Shown piece after piece: positions 1 through 9,038 of a DNA stretch of 64,000 nt. The stretch covers positions 8,903 to 72,902 of the forward strand of contig JANPCZ010000013.1 in NCBI GenBank assembly GCA_031431215.1, read 5' to 3'. Position 1 is the stretch's first letter; each line of letters opens with the position of its first letter. The DNA is from Myxococcales bacterium. GTDB lineage: Bacteria; Myxococcota_A; Polyangia; Fen-1088. The notes below the pieces were generated by a model. It saw only the letters and a program-made list of their open reading frames with translations, had not been told where the DNA came from and searched no databases. Made by a program: the position numbers and the translations under genes.

Positions 1-110
1 TCGACAACTGCCCGCACCGGTTGGTGGGTGCGACGCGCATACTTCTTGGCACGGGCGAGCAGCGCATCGGCGATGTCGAGCGTTGTTTTCACGTCACCCA
101 GCTTACCCAT
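1..110 (-). CDS. VapB-like antitoxin; N-terminal part only, 3' end cut by the window edge
   Basis: Hand translation of the minus strand from ATG (110-108) gives MGKLGDVKTTLDIADALLARAKKYARRTHQPVRAVV. This resembles the N-terminus of the antitoxin at 51403-51633 (MRTTLDIADHVLIEAKQLAARRR). Confidence 0.4.
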   Translation of the reverse strand, partial: MGKLGDVKTTLDIADALLARAKKYARRTHQPVRAVV

Positions 111-149
111 CCCACCTACTATGGGCAACCCAGCCGGGGCGCGCCCTAG

Positions 150-1499
150 CTACTTGGGCTTCGCCGCTGGCGTGGGCCAGTGCGGTGATTCGGTGCGCGC
201 CTCTGTGATGAACGCTTCCATCTGCGCGACCACCTTGGCGTTGCGCGCGGCCACGTCCGTGATCTCGCCGACATCGTGGCGCAGATCGTAGAGTTCCAGC
301 GGCTGCCCGGGTGCCTGCCGGATGCCCTTGAAGTCGCCGACACGCGCTGCCTGCTTGAAGCCGCCTTCGTGGAACTCCCAGTACAGCGGCGCATGCGGCC
401 GGGACTTGCCCGTGCGCAGGAGATCCCCCTGTGCCACGCCGTCGAGGCCTGCGGGCGGCTTCGCACCCGCCAGAGCTGCCAGCGTTGGTAGCACGTCCCA
501 GTTCGCCCACACCGCGTCGCTGACCTTGCCGGCCGGCACGCGCCCGGGCGCCCATACGATCATCGGCACGCGGATGCCGCCCTCGTACATCGCGCGCTTG
601 ATCCCGCGCAGAGCCCCGCTCGACTGGAAGAAGTTCGCGTCGTGACCGCCTTCTTTGTGGGCGCCGTTGTCGCTGGTGAAGAACACGACCGTATCCTGGG
701 CAAGCTTCAGCTCGCGCAGCAGATCCAGCAGCGCACCGACGTCGCGGTCAAGCCGCGTGACCATGGCGGCGAAATTGCGTTCCTGCTCGGGCCACGGCTG
801 GGCGGTGTAAGGCTCGTCGCTGGGCACCTGCATGCCCTTGTCCTTCTTCTCGTTGTTCGCGTGCGGGGTCGTGTAGGCCAGGTACAGGAAGAACGGCGCG
901 TCCTTGCTGCGCTGGACGAATTCCCGCGCCTCCTTGGTGAACAGATCGTGCGAGTAGCTGCCCGGCGCCAGGCTGACCTTGTCCTCATTCTTGAAAAGGT
1001 GATCGGTGTAGTAGTCGTGCGCGTGAACCTGATCCAGATAGCCGTAGAAATAGTCAAAGCCCTGCCTGGTCGGGACGCCGGTGGTGCCGGAATCGCCCAG
1101 CCCCCACTTGCCGACCAGCGCGGTGGCGTAGCCGGCCGACTTGAGCACCTCGGCCACCGTGACGTCGCCCGGTTCGAGCGGCACCGCCTTGCCGTTGCCG
1201 CGCACGCGCGCGTGGCCCTGGTGCAGCCCGGTCATGAGCGACGCGCGCGACGGCGCGCACACCGTGCTGCCCGCGTAGAACTGCGTGAAGCGCACGCCCT
1301 CGGCCGCCATGCGGTCGAGCCGCGGCGTCTTGATCTTCTTCTGCCCGTAGGCACCCAGATCGCCGTAGCCCAGATCATCGGCCAGGATGAACACGACATT
1401 GGGCTGCTTGCGAGGCGCAGCGGCCCTTGCGGGCGCAGGCGAGCCGGCCAGTGCGAGCAAGGCGACCACAGTGGTTCTGATCAAGCGCTGTTTCGTCAT
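150..1499 (-). CDS. Secreted sulfatase (arylsulfatase family)
   Basis: ORF 150..1526. Motifs FILADDLGYGDLGAYG and the CxPxR active-site motif (CAPSRASLMTG). The signal peptide starts at the internal ATG (MTKQRLIRTTVVALLALAG...ARA), so I prefer a start at 1499. Confidence 0.85.
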   Translation of the reverse strand: MTKQRLIRTTVVALLALAGSPAPARAAAPRKQPNVVFILADDLGYGDLGAYGQKKIKTPRLDRMAAEGVRFTQFYAGSTVCAPSRASLMTGLHQGHARVRGNGKAVPLEPGDVTVAEVLKSAGYATALVGKWGLGDSGTTGVPTRQGFDYFYGYLDQVHAHDYYTDHLFKNEDKVSLAPGSYSHDLFTKEAREFVQRSKDAPFFLYLAYTTPHANNEKKDKGMQVPSDEPYTAQPWPEQERNFAAMVTRLDRDVGALLDLLRELKLAQDTVVFFTSDNGAHKEGGHDANFFQSSGALRGIKRAMYEGGIRVPMIVWAPGRVPAGKVSDAVWANWDVLPTLAALAGAKPPAGLDGVAQGDLLRTGKSRPHAPLYWEFHEGGFKQAARVGDFKGIRQAPGQPLELYDLRHDVGEITDVAARNAKVVAQMEAFITEARTESPHWPTPAAKPK

Positions 1500-1568
1500 G
1501 ACGGGCCGGCATCCTAGCGCACGCACGCGGCGATTGACGAAGGTCCTGTTCGCGTACTGAATGCAGGT

Positions 1569-2456
1569 ATGACGAACTTCACACGACGCCAGTCCTTCGC
1601 TGCCGCCGGCCTGACGGCCCCATCATCGACCTGGTTCTCGCGCACGGCCCTCGCAGCGGCACCCGACGACAAGCGCACGCCGCGGATCGTGAAGAGCGGC
1701 CGGCTCAAGCAGTCGGTGTCGCGCTGGTGCTTCGGCAAGATCCCGATGCCGGAATTCTGCAAGGCGGTGAAGGCAATGGGCCTGACCGCGGTCGATCTGC
1801 TAGGCGAGAAAGACTGGCCCATCGTGCGCGACCACGGCCTCATCTGTTCGATGGCGTCGGGCTTCGGCGGTTCGATCCCGGAAGGCTGGAACAAGAAGAG
1901 CAACCACGACGCCCTGGTCAAGAGCCTGGAGGAAGGCATCCCGAAGGTCGCCAAGGCCGGCTACCCGAATGTGATCACGTTCTTCGGCAACCGCGTCGCC
2001 GGCATGAGTGACAGCGAGGGCATCGACAACTGCGTCGCCGGACTCGAGCGCATCAAGCAGGCCGCTGAGGAGAGCAAGATCATGGTCTGCGTCGAGCTAC
2101 TCAACAGCAAGATCAATCACGCCGGCTACATGGGCGACCATGCCGAAATCGGCCTCAAGGTCGTGAAGGCGATCAACTCGCCCTACGTCAAGCTGCTTTA
2201 CGACATCTATCACATGCAGATCATGGACGGAGACATCGTCCGCACCATCCGCGACAACATCAAGTGGCTGGCCCACTTCCACACCGGCGGCGTGCCCGGC
2301 CGGCACGAGCTCGACGACACGCAAGAGCTGAACTGGCGCACCGTCGCCAAGGCCATCGTCGACACCGGCTTCACCGGCTACCTCGCGCATGAGTTCGTTC
2401 CGGTTCGCGATCCGCTGACGTCGCTGCGCGAAGCGGTGGCGCTGTGCGACGTCTGA
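1569..2456 (+). CDS. Xylose-isomerase-like TIM-barrel protein (hydroxypyruvate isomerase-like) with Tat-type signal
   Basis: N-terminus MTNFTRRQSFAAAGL carries a twin-arginine motif. The body and C-terminus (HFHTGGVPGRHELD...GYLAHEF) are typical of the AP-endonuclease-2/xylose-isomerase-like fold. Confidence 0.7.
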   Translation: MTNFTRRQSFAAAGLTAPSSTWFSRTALAAAPDDKRTPRIVKSGRLKQSVSRWCFGKIPMPEFCKAVKAMGLTAVDLLGEKDWPIVRDHGLICSMASGFGGSIPEGWNKKSNHDALVKSLEEGIPKVAKAGYPNVITFFGNRVAGMSDSEGIDNCVAGLERIKQAAEESKIMVCVELLNSKINHAGYMGDHAEIGLKVVKAINSPYVKLLYDIYHMQIMDGDIVRTIRDNIKWLAHFHTGGVPGRHELDDTQELNWRTVAKAIVDTGFTGYLAHEFVPVRDPLTSLREAVALCDV

Positions 2457-2485
2457 TGCGCTCACATGGATAGCGTCAAGCTTCG

Positions 2486-3304
2486 CTAGCGGGGTTGCGC
2501 CACACCCGCCCTGCGCGCGGTCTCGATCCGCACACGCGAGGACGGTCCGCGCTTGCCCGAGCGAAGCGTGAAAGTACGCGCCCACACCGGCGCGATGGGC
2601 AACGCATGCACGCGTTCGCGAAAAGCGGCGAAGCGTTCCGGCTTCATCGCCGGCCCGATGAACGATATGGAACACAGGATGCGATCGAGGGTGGCACGGT
2701 CGACCATGGTCTCGTCATGGAACCGACGCTGCTGGTCGAGGCGGATCTTCGTGATGGCCGAGACCTGTGCGACCGATTGATCGACTTCGCGTGGTCTGCG
2801 CGGCGCGGCCGCTTCCATGATCTCCACCACGGCGCGCATGAACGGCGTGTCGGCGAACTCGCAGGTCACCAGCGCCAGCGTGCCATGCGGCGCCAGCACC
2901 CGGCGGATCTCGTGCGCCGCAAGTTGACGGTCGAGGAAGTGAAGCGCGTCGACCACCGCGACCAGATTCAAGCAACCGGTCTCAAGCGGCAACGCCTCAG
3001 CGGCGGCATGAACCGACCGAAGCGTGAGCGCGCGATCGAGCGCTGCCACCCGCAGTCGTTCGAGCATGGCGGCTGCCGGCTCGATCGCCACGACATCGAA
3101 GCCACGCGCCGCCAGCGGAAGCGCCAGATGCCCGATGCCCGCGCCAAGGTCACCTATTGAGCCGCCCTCAGTACCCGCCAACTCGGCGATGTCATCGATC
3201 AGCGCCGCCGGATACGCGGGACGCGCCTGGTAGGCATCCACCATGCGGTTGAACACCCAGGACGCCGGATCGTCGACGCGAATCTTGCGGCGGCCCAGGC
3301 TCAT
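2486..3304 (-). CDS. Class I SAM-dependent methyltransferase
   Basis: Internal start MSLGRRKIRV of ORF 2486..3739. Motif I is GDLGAGIGHLALPLAARGFDVVAIEP. The ATG at 3304-3302 overlaps the upstream gene's stop (ATGA). The upstream part of the long ORF is Arg/Gly-rich and overlaps the rhomboid gene. Confidence 0.75.
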   Translation of the reverse strand: MSLGRRKIRVDDPASWVFNRMVDAYQARPAYPAALIDDIAELAGTEGGSIGDLGAGIGHLALPLAARGFDVVAIEPAAAMLERLRVAALDRALTLRSVHAAAEALPLETGCLNLVAVVDALHFLDRQLAAHEIRRVLAPHGTLALVTCEFADTPFMRAVVEIMEAAAPRRPREVDQSVAQVSAITKIRLDQQRRFHDETMVDRATLDRILCSISFIGPAMKPERFAAFRERVHALPIAPVWARTFTLRSGKRGPSSRVRIETARRAGVAQPR

Positions 3305-4533
3305 GACGGCCCGGTCTGCCAGGGCTGCCCGATCGCGAACGCCAGCGCCAGCGCCACCACCAGCACCGCCGCCGAGACATACGCTCCGATAGCTACGGCG
3401 CGCGGCTCGGGCGCCTGCTCGTGCCGCCGCCCGCAGAGTCCGCCCATCGCGAGCGCGAATCCAGCCAACCCGCCGCCCAGGTGCGCCCACAGATCGATGC
3501 CGGGCAGGAACGACAGCGCACCATTGATGGCCAGCACCCCGAGCAAGCGCTGGCGCAGGCGCTGGGCGACCAGGCGAGGCAACGGTCCGCCCGGCCTCAG
3601 CACCATGCCGAAGCCCGCCGCCATCAGGCCCCATATCGCGCCCGACGCGCCGACCGAAAGCGGATTTTCTGCGATCAAGGCACTCGCCAGACCACCAGAC
3701 AGCGCACTCACCGTGAACACGATCAGATAGCAGCGCCACCCGATCAGTGCCTCAAGGAAGCTGCCGAAACTTACCAGCGCCAGCATGTTGAACAGCAGGT
3801 GCGGCACGTTGGCATGCAGGAACGCGTGCGACACCAGCCGCCACCACTGCCCCGCTACCACCAGAGCGGCACTGTTGGCGCCCATGCGCACCTGCGCCTC
3901 GATCAACGGCGGCAAGTTGCCGTCACCCTTGTAGGCGGCGTCGCCGCGGCCCCACAGCATGGTCAACATGTACAGCGCCACGCACACGCTGCCGAGCACG
4001 ATGGTCGCACGCGCCGGGCGCTTCTGCAGCGACGCCGCGAAACTGGCGGCCTCGTCGCGATCGCGCTCGCTGCGCAGGGCAATCGCGTGGAATTCCGCGG
4101 CATCGAGCGGTTGCACGACCGCCAGCCCACGCGCGGCCTTCTGCAAGATCCGCAAACGGCGGCCCGCCACCCACGACATCCGCCCATCGCGATCCAGGTG
4201 ATACACACCCAGGTGGCTCGGGCGCGGTGCGTGGCGGTCTGCCTCGGCCAGCGCCGCGCGTGCCTCGGCGCCGCCGCCCACCAGCACCACGAACAACAAT
4301 CCCCCGCGGTGCGACTGGATGATGCCGTCGAGGCTGGCGCGCAGATCGTCGCCCGGCGCCTCGCCGCGATCGAGCAACACCACGCCGGTCCCTTCGCCTG
4401 CCACTTCCACCACAGCGGCGGGCGGCCGGTGTTCCAGGAGGGTGAAAGCCGCGTCGGCGCCACCCGACGGGTTGACCAGCGCCGCGAGCAAGCGGTCGAA
4501 CAGGCGGGGTGGGGGCAAGTCGTCGGCGGACAT
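3301..4533 (-). CDS. Rhomboid-family intramembrane serine protease with a ~180-aa cytoplasmic N-terminal domain
   Basis: Motifs HAFLHANVPHLLFNMLAL and the catalytic GASGAIWGLMAA, plus multiple TM segments in the C-terminal half. Confidence 0.8.
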   Translation of the reverse strand: MSADDLPPPRLFDRLLAALVNPSGGADAAFTLLEHRPPAAVVEVAGEGTGVVLLDRGEAPGDDLRASLDGIIQSHRGGLLFVVLVGGGAEARAALAEADRHAPRPSHLGVYHLDRDGRMSWVAGRRLRILQKAARGLAVVQPLDAAEFHAIALRSERDRDEAASFAASLQKRPARATIVLGSVCVALYMLTMLWGRGDAAYKGDGNLPPLIEAQVRMGANSAALVVAGQWWRLVSHAFLHANVPHLLFNMLALVSFGSFLEALIGWRCYLIVFTVSALSGGLASALIAENPLSVGASGAIWGLMAAGFGMVLRPGGPLPRLVAQRLRQRLLGVLAINGALSFLPGIDLWAHLGGGLAGFALAMGGLCGRRHEQAPEPRAVAIGAYVSAAVLVVALALAFAIGQPWQTGPS

Positions 4534-4550
4534 CTGGGCGCTGACCGGAC

Positions 4551-5507
4551 CTACGACGTCACGAACGGATCCGCAAGGATATCGTCAGCCGACACGCCGG
4601 CCAGAAACACCTCCTGGCGCAGCCGTTCGACCACGTCGGGCGCACCACACAGGAACACGCGGCAGGTCCGCAAGAGCCGCGCCTGCGCGATGACGGCCGG
4701 CTCGATGCGCCCAACCGGGATGCCCGCAGCCGGATCGCCGCGCAGCACGTGCGGAACGTAGTGGAAGTTCGGGTGGCGCGCGGCGAGCGCAAGCAAGTCA
4801 TCGTGGGCGTAGAGGCCGGCGCGCGTCACGGCGCCGTGGTGCAGGAAGATCGCGCCCGTGTGCCCGCCCGCAAGCGCATCCCGCGCGATGCCAAGCAGTG
4901 GCGCAAGGCCGGTGCCCGTGCCCGCCAGCAGCAACGGCTCGGCTGGCCGGCCAGGCAGGTAGCAGCACTCGCCGGTCGGGCCACGCACGGTCAGCGTGTC
5001 GCCAACCTTCACGCTGTCGTGCAGGTACACGCTCATGTTGCCGCCGGGGAGCTTCTCGACGTGCAACTCGCCCAGCTCGTCGCCGGGCGCGCTGGCCAGC
5101 GAATAGGCCCGCGCCGGCCCACCCTCGCGCTCGACCCACACGAACTGCCCGGCACGATGGCCAAGCGGCGTCGCGGGCGCGAAGAAGATCCGCATGATGT
5201 CGGGCGCGGGTCGATCGATCCGCCGCACGGTCACGCTGGTCGCGGCCATCTCGTCGGGCCAGGTGACCGCGAGATCCTCGAACGGAACACACTGGCACGC
5301 GAGAAACTGTCCGTCCGCCACCTGCGTCGGCCGCAGACCCTTGCACGCGCGCTCGCCAGGACGGCCGCGAGTCGCCCGCATCCGGCACAACCAGCACGTG
5401 CCCGAGCGACACGAGAACGGCACCGCCACCCCCGCCCGGTGCAGCCGCGCCAGCACTGTCTCGCCGTCTTCACAGGCGAGAAGCGTACCCTTCCATGACA
5501 GGTTCAC
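4551..5507 (-). CDS. 2Fe-2S ferredoxin fused to an FAD/NAD(P)-binding ferredoxin reductase
   Basis: This is the C-terminal 318 aa of ORF 4551..6740. It has the cluster motif CRSGTCWLC...FLACQC, the FAD motif RAYSLAS and the NAD motif LLLAGTGTGLAPL. A GTG start at 5507 (VNLSWKG) was found by hand. The rest of the long ORF lies antisense to the SDR gene. Confidence 0.75.
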   Translation of the reverse strand: MNLSWKGTLLACEDGETVLARLHRAGVAVPFSCRSGTCWLCRMRATRGRPGERACKGLRPTQVADGQFLACQCVPFEDLAVTWPDEMAATSVTVRRIDRPAPDIMRIFFAPATPLGHRAGQFVWVEREGGPARAYSLASAPGDELGELHVEKLPGGNMSVYLHDSVKVGDTLTVRGPTGECCYLPGRPAEPLLLAGTGTGLAPLLGIARDALAGGHTGAIFLHHGAVTRAGLYAHDDLLALAARHPNFHYVPHVLRGDPAAGIPVGRIEPAVIAQARLLRTCRVFLCGAPDVVERLRQEVFLAGVSADDILADPFVTS

Positions 5508-5588
5508 CGACGCAGGATAGCGCGGCTCACACCCGCGGGCCCCGATCGGTTTGACAGCCAGGAGCCTTCGTTGGAGAAGACCTGCGCC

Positions 5589-6383
5589 ATGAGCGACGCA
5601 AGCGCGGCCGGGCCCACGATTCTGGATCAGTTCAGGCTCGACAAGAAGGTCGCCTGGATAACCGGCGGCACCAAGGGCCTCGGCATGGTCCTGGCCGATG
5701 CGCTGGCCAGCGTCGGTGCAGATGTGTTCATCACCAGCCGCAACGCCGACGAGGCGGCCGCCACCGCCGCCACCCTGGCGCGCAAGTACGGCCACCGCGC
5801 GCTGGGCCTTGCCGCCGACGTGACCTCCCCGGCGGCCGTCGACGCGGCGGTCGCGCGCGCGCACGCCGAACTCGGCGGCATCGACGTGCTGCTGAACAAC
5901 GCTGGCACCACCGTCCGCAAGTCGACCGTCGACATGCCGATCGATGACTGGAAGATGGTGGTCGACATCAATCTCAACGGGCCGTTCTATTGCAGCAAGG
6001 CCGTGATCCCCGCAATGGTGGCCAAGGGCTGGGGCCGCATCATCTACATCTCCAGCATCTTCGGGCTTGTGGGCATGCCCGGCCGCACCGGCTACGTCGC
6101 CACCAAGGGTGCCATCGTCCAACTCGCCAAGGCGCAGGCGCTTGAACTGGCAACCACCGGCGTGACCGTGAACTCGGTCTGTCCGGGCCCATTTGCGACC
6201 GCGCTCAACCGGGGCATCATGGAGGATCCGGAGAAGTACAAACAGTTCGTCGCGCGCATCCCGATGGGCCGCTGGGGCGAGATGCACGAGCTGCCCGGCG
6301 CGATCGTCTACCTGGCGTCGAACGCCGCCAGCTACGTCACCGGCACCAGCCTGGTCGTCGACGGCGGCTGGACCGCGCAGTAG
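5589..6383 (+). CDS. Short-chain dehydrogenase/reductase (SDR)
   Basis: Motifs ITGGTKGLG, NNAG and Y..ATKGA. ATG at 5589 is preferred over the TTG at 5571. Confidence 0.85.
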   Translation: MSDASAAGPTILDQFRLDKKVAWITGGTKGLGMVLADALASVGADVFITSRNADEAAATAATLARKYGHRALGLAADVTSPAAVDAAVARAHAELGGIDVLLNNAGTTVRKSTVDMPIDDWKMVVDINLNGPFYCSKAVIPAMVAKGWGRIIYISSIFGLVGMPGRTGYVATKGAIVQLAKAQALELATTGVTVNSVCPGPFATALNRGIMEDPEKYKQFVARIPMGRWGEMHELPGAIVYLASNAASYVTGTSLVVDGGWTAQ

Positions 6384-6396
6384 GTAAAGTAGAGCC

Positions 6397-7404
6397 ATGA
6401 CCGCCAACCAGCCGCCGCAGATTGCACATCGCCGCATGGGCGTGGCCGAGACGTCGTACTCGATGCGGCAGGCGAAAGGTGCCGGCAGCGCCGCGCATCC
6501 CGGCTTCCACGATGGCCTCGATCTTATCAAGCACGTCGCCGAGCTGGGCGGTGGCGGTGGCCAGGTCAGAGTCGCCGGCTGGGACACCGCGATGGCTGAA
6601 CGGGTGCGTGCGTTTTGCGAAAAGGCCGGCCTGTTCGTCGAGGGCCAGATAGGCCTGCCCAAGGACGCCGACGATGCCGCCCGCTTCGAGCGCGAGCTTG
6701 CGACTCTGAAACTCGCCGGCGGCCGGATCGCACGCACCATCCTGCACGGCGGCCGCCGCTACGAGGTGTTCGATTCGCTGCCCGCCTATGAAGCCTGGCG
6801 CAAACGCGCGTGGGAATCGCTGCGCCTGGCCGAACCCATCGTGCGCAAGCTGGGTATGAAGCTGGCCATCGAGAACCACAAGGAAGTGCGCATCGACGAG
6901 TTGCTCGACTTGGTCAAGCGCACCGGCAGCGAGGCCATCGGCATTTGCGTCGACACCGGCAACAGCATCGCGCTACTCGAAGATCCGTACGAGGTCGTCG
7001 AGGCCTACGCGCCGTTCGCGATGAGCGTCCACGTCAAGGACATGGGCGTCAAGGCGACGCCGGAGGGATTTCTCCTGTCCGAGGTCCCACTGGGCGACGG
7101 CTTTCTCGACCTGCCACGCATCGTGAAGCGCCTGCGCGCCGCCAACCCCACGATCGCGTTCAATCTAGAAATGATCACGCGCGATCCGCTGAGCATCCCG
7201 TGCCTGACCGACAAGTACTGGATCACGATGCCGGCGGTGCCGGCGCGCGATCTGGCGCGCACACTCGCGCTGGTTCGGGCCAAGGAAAACCCGGCCAAGC
7301 CCCTGCCCGCAATCACGGGCCTCGATCCCGCTGCCCGGCTCGCGTTCGAGGAAGACAACATCCGCAAGTCGTACGCCTACGCGCGCGCCAAGCTGGACCT
7401 GTAG
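6397..7404 (+). CDS. Sugar phosphate isomerase/epimerase (xylose-isomerase-like TIM barrel)
   Basis: Motifs LAIENHKE, ICVDTGNSIALLEDP and HVKD are typical of the family. The last 184 nt are duplicated at 10938-11121. Confidence 0.7.
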   Translation: MTANQPPQIAHRRMGVAETSYSMRQAKGAGSAAHPGFHDGLDLIKHVAELGGGGGQVRVAGWDTAMAERVRAFCEKAGLFVEGQIGLPKDADDAARFERELATLKLAGGRIARTILHGGRRYEVFDSLPAYEAWRKRAWESLRLAEPIVRKLGMKLAIENHKEVRIDELLDLVKRTGSEAIGICVDTGNSIALLEDPYEVVEAYAPFAMSVHVKDMGVKATPEGFLLSEVPLGDGFLDLPRIVKRLRAANPTIAFNLEMITRDPLSIPCLTDKYWITMPAVPARDLARTLALVRAKENPAKPLPAITGLDPAARLAFEEDNIRKSYAYARAKLDL

Positions 7405-7568
7405 CGGCGCGGCCGCGCTACCGCAGCAGCGCCCCGATGGCCTGGTACCAGACATTGGCTATGACAAGGTAGCCGGCGTCCTTGGGGTGAAGACGGTCCG
7501 CCATGAGCGCGGTTTTGTACCCGGCATCAGCCGTGAAGGCGCCGTACATGTCGACCAGGATGATGTGC
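7221..7568. repeat. Left copy of a 348-bp direct repeat (partner 10938-11285)
   Basis: Hand alignment of both copies. The repeat begins at GATCACGATGCCGGCGGTGCC and ends at GTCGACCAGGATGATGTGC. I counted about 19 mismatches. Confidence 0.9.
7418..7568 (-). pseudogene. 3' fragment of an SGNH/GDSL hydrolase gene (duplicate of the end of 11135-11983)
   Basis: Its translation ...HIILVDMYGAFTADAGYKTALMADRLHPKDAGYLVIANVWYQAIGALLR matches the C-terminus of the full-length gene (...HIILVDMYGAFTANPAYRTALMADRLHPKDTGYLVIASVWYQAIGALLR). Homology stops at the repeat boundary. Confidence 0.85.
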
Positions 7569-7575
7569 GGGTGGC

Positions 7576-8514
7576 ATGGTGAGGCTGGAGATCGTGCTCC
7601 ACCCGGACGAGGCCGCCGTCGTGCTGCAGGCGCTGGACAAGGCGCGGGAAGCGCTGCGCACCACCACCAACGTTTCCGCGGAAACGCCCCAGGTCGCCGC
7701 AGCCTCCGCGCCGACACCCCCGCCCACAACGGCAACCGCGTCGGCGACGGCGTCCACGCCCGCCCCCACCCCGACCCGCGCCGACGCCGTCATGGCCGTC
7801 GCCGACGCGTTCTTGGCCCTCCCCCTCTCGGCCGCCGCCAGCACCGCCAGCGCCAGCGCCGCCGGCCCAGGCCGGTACCAGGTCTTCGTGCACCTCGATC
7901 AGGATCCGTTCGCCGCGCCCGGCGCGCTGGTCGCGACACTCGCGGACGGTACGCGCGTTTCCGCGGAAACGCTCCGGCGCATTGCCTGCGACACCGGACT
8001 CGTCGGCGCCGCCCGCGACGAAGGCGCCTCCGTCCTGGACATTGGCCGCCGCACGCGCACCATCTCGCCAGCCTTGAAGCGGGCGCTGTGGCTCCGCGAC
8101 CGTGGCTGCCGGTTCCCTGGTTGCAGCAACACGCGCTTCCTTCACGGCCATCACATCCACCACTGGCTCCGCGGCGGCGCCACCAGCCTGGCCAACCTCG
8201 CCCTGCTATGCCCGGCCCACCACCGCCTGGTGCACGAAGGCGGCTACGCCGTCGAATGCTGCGCCAGCGGCGACCTTCTGTTCCGGGCGCCCGATCTACG
8301 CCCGATCCCGGTCGTACCACCCGCCGAGCTGGTTGCCGACGCGGTCGAAGCGCTTCACGAGGCCGCCGCTACCCGCGGCGTCGAGATCGGCCCCGACACC
8401 AACCTGCCCTGGTGGGACGGCACCGTGCCCGACTACACGTGGGCTACCGAGATCGTGCACGCTGCAACACGGCCGATAGGTTCACCGCTCGAACAAGGTG
8501 CGGGGCAGGCCTGA
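7576..8514 (+). CDS. HNH endonuclease of the DUF222 type, apparently 5'-truncated at the insertion junction
   Basis: HNH core is RDRGCRFPGCSNTRFLHGHHIHHWLRGGATSLANLALLCPAHHRLVHEGG. The upstream motif DIGRRTRTISPALKRAL is typical of DUF222-HNH proteins. The frame opens only 12 nt upstream (stop at 7561-7563), right at repeat end 7568. Confidence 0.75.
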   Translation: MVRLEIVLHPDEAAVVLQALDKAREALRTTTNVSAETPQVAAASAPTPPPTTATASATASTPAPTPTRADAVMAVADAFLALPLSAAASTASASAAGPGRYQVFVHLDQDPFAAPGALVATLADGTRVSAETLRRIACDTGLVGAARDEGASVLDIGRRTRTISPALKRALWLRDRGCRFPGCSNTRFLHGHHIHHWLRGGATSLANLALLCPAHHRLVHEGGYAVECCASGDLLFRAPDLRPIPVVPPAELVADAVEALHEAAATRGVEIGPDTNLPWWDGTVPDYTWATEIVHAATRPIGSPLEQGAGQA

Positions 8515-8703
8515 CTGGCGAATGATCGACATCAGCGTTCCGATCCTGAGCTCATCGTGAAGCGGCACCGGCACCGTGATCGTGGTCTCGCTGGTGCGCT
8601 TCTGCATGACGACGTGGCTGCCCCGTTGGCGAACTTCCGCGAATCCGTTCCCAGCCAGGACTGCGCAGAGCTGTTTTCCCGAAAAGGTTCTCAGGCTACC
8701 CAA
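8482..8703 (-). CDS. hicA: HicA-family mRNA interferase toxin
   Basis: Sequence SGKQLCAVLAGNGFAEVRQRGSHVVMQKRTSETTITVPVPLHDELRIGTLMSIIRQSGL. A probable TTG start at 8703 overlaps the hicB stop. Confidence 0.75.
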   Translation of the reverse strand: MGSLRTFSGKQLCAVLAGNGFAEVRQRGSHVVMQKRTSETTITVPVPLHDELRIGTLMSIIRQSGLPRTLFER

Positions 8704-8920
8704 CCGCAACCTCGAGCCGGGTGACAAAGACCTGGTCGTGCAAGCGCAGCTTGATCTCCGACTCGTCCGCGGTTTCGAAGAACAGTTGCAGAGCCTCGAC
8801 CAGGTTTCTGCTGGCCTCATCGATCGAGGCGCCCTGACTGACCACGTCTACCTCCGGACACAACGCCACGTACCCATCGCCTTCCTTCTCGATGATCGCC
8901 GTCATCTGCCTGGTTTTCAT
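8696..8920 (-). CDS. hicB: HicB-family antitoxin
   Basis: Sequence MTAIIEKEGDGYVALCPEVDVVSQGASIDEASRNLVEALQLFFE. The start is uncertain (ATG at 8971, 8920 or 8905). Confidence 0.7.
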   Translation of the reverse strand: MKTRQMTAIIEKEGDGYVALCPEVDVVSQGASIDEASRNLVEALQLFFETADESEIKLRLHDQVFVTRLEVAVG

Positions 8921-9038
8921 TGCCAAGACCATAGCATTCTTGGCGCCTACGGGAGGCTGCTCGACGCCCATGGCAGCGCGTTCGGGCCCCGCCGGACGTG
9001 TGACCGTACCTGTCGCATGCCGCGGTTAACCTTGGGGC

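Noticed and set aside
4551-6740. 729-aa ORF on the minus strand
   Set aside because: Only the last 318 codons have recognisable domains (2Fe-2S plus FNR). The upstream part is Arg/Gly/Ala-rich, has no motifs and lies antisense to the well-supported SDR gene. This is a typical high-GC shadow ORF.
7459-8525. Alternative-frame ORFs (234 aa minus strand, 340 aa plus strand) overlapping the HNH gene
   Set aside because: They are extremely Arg/Gly/Pro-rich and have no motifs. The HNH frame carries the clear catalytic signature.
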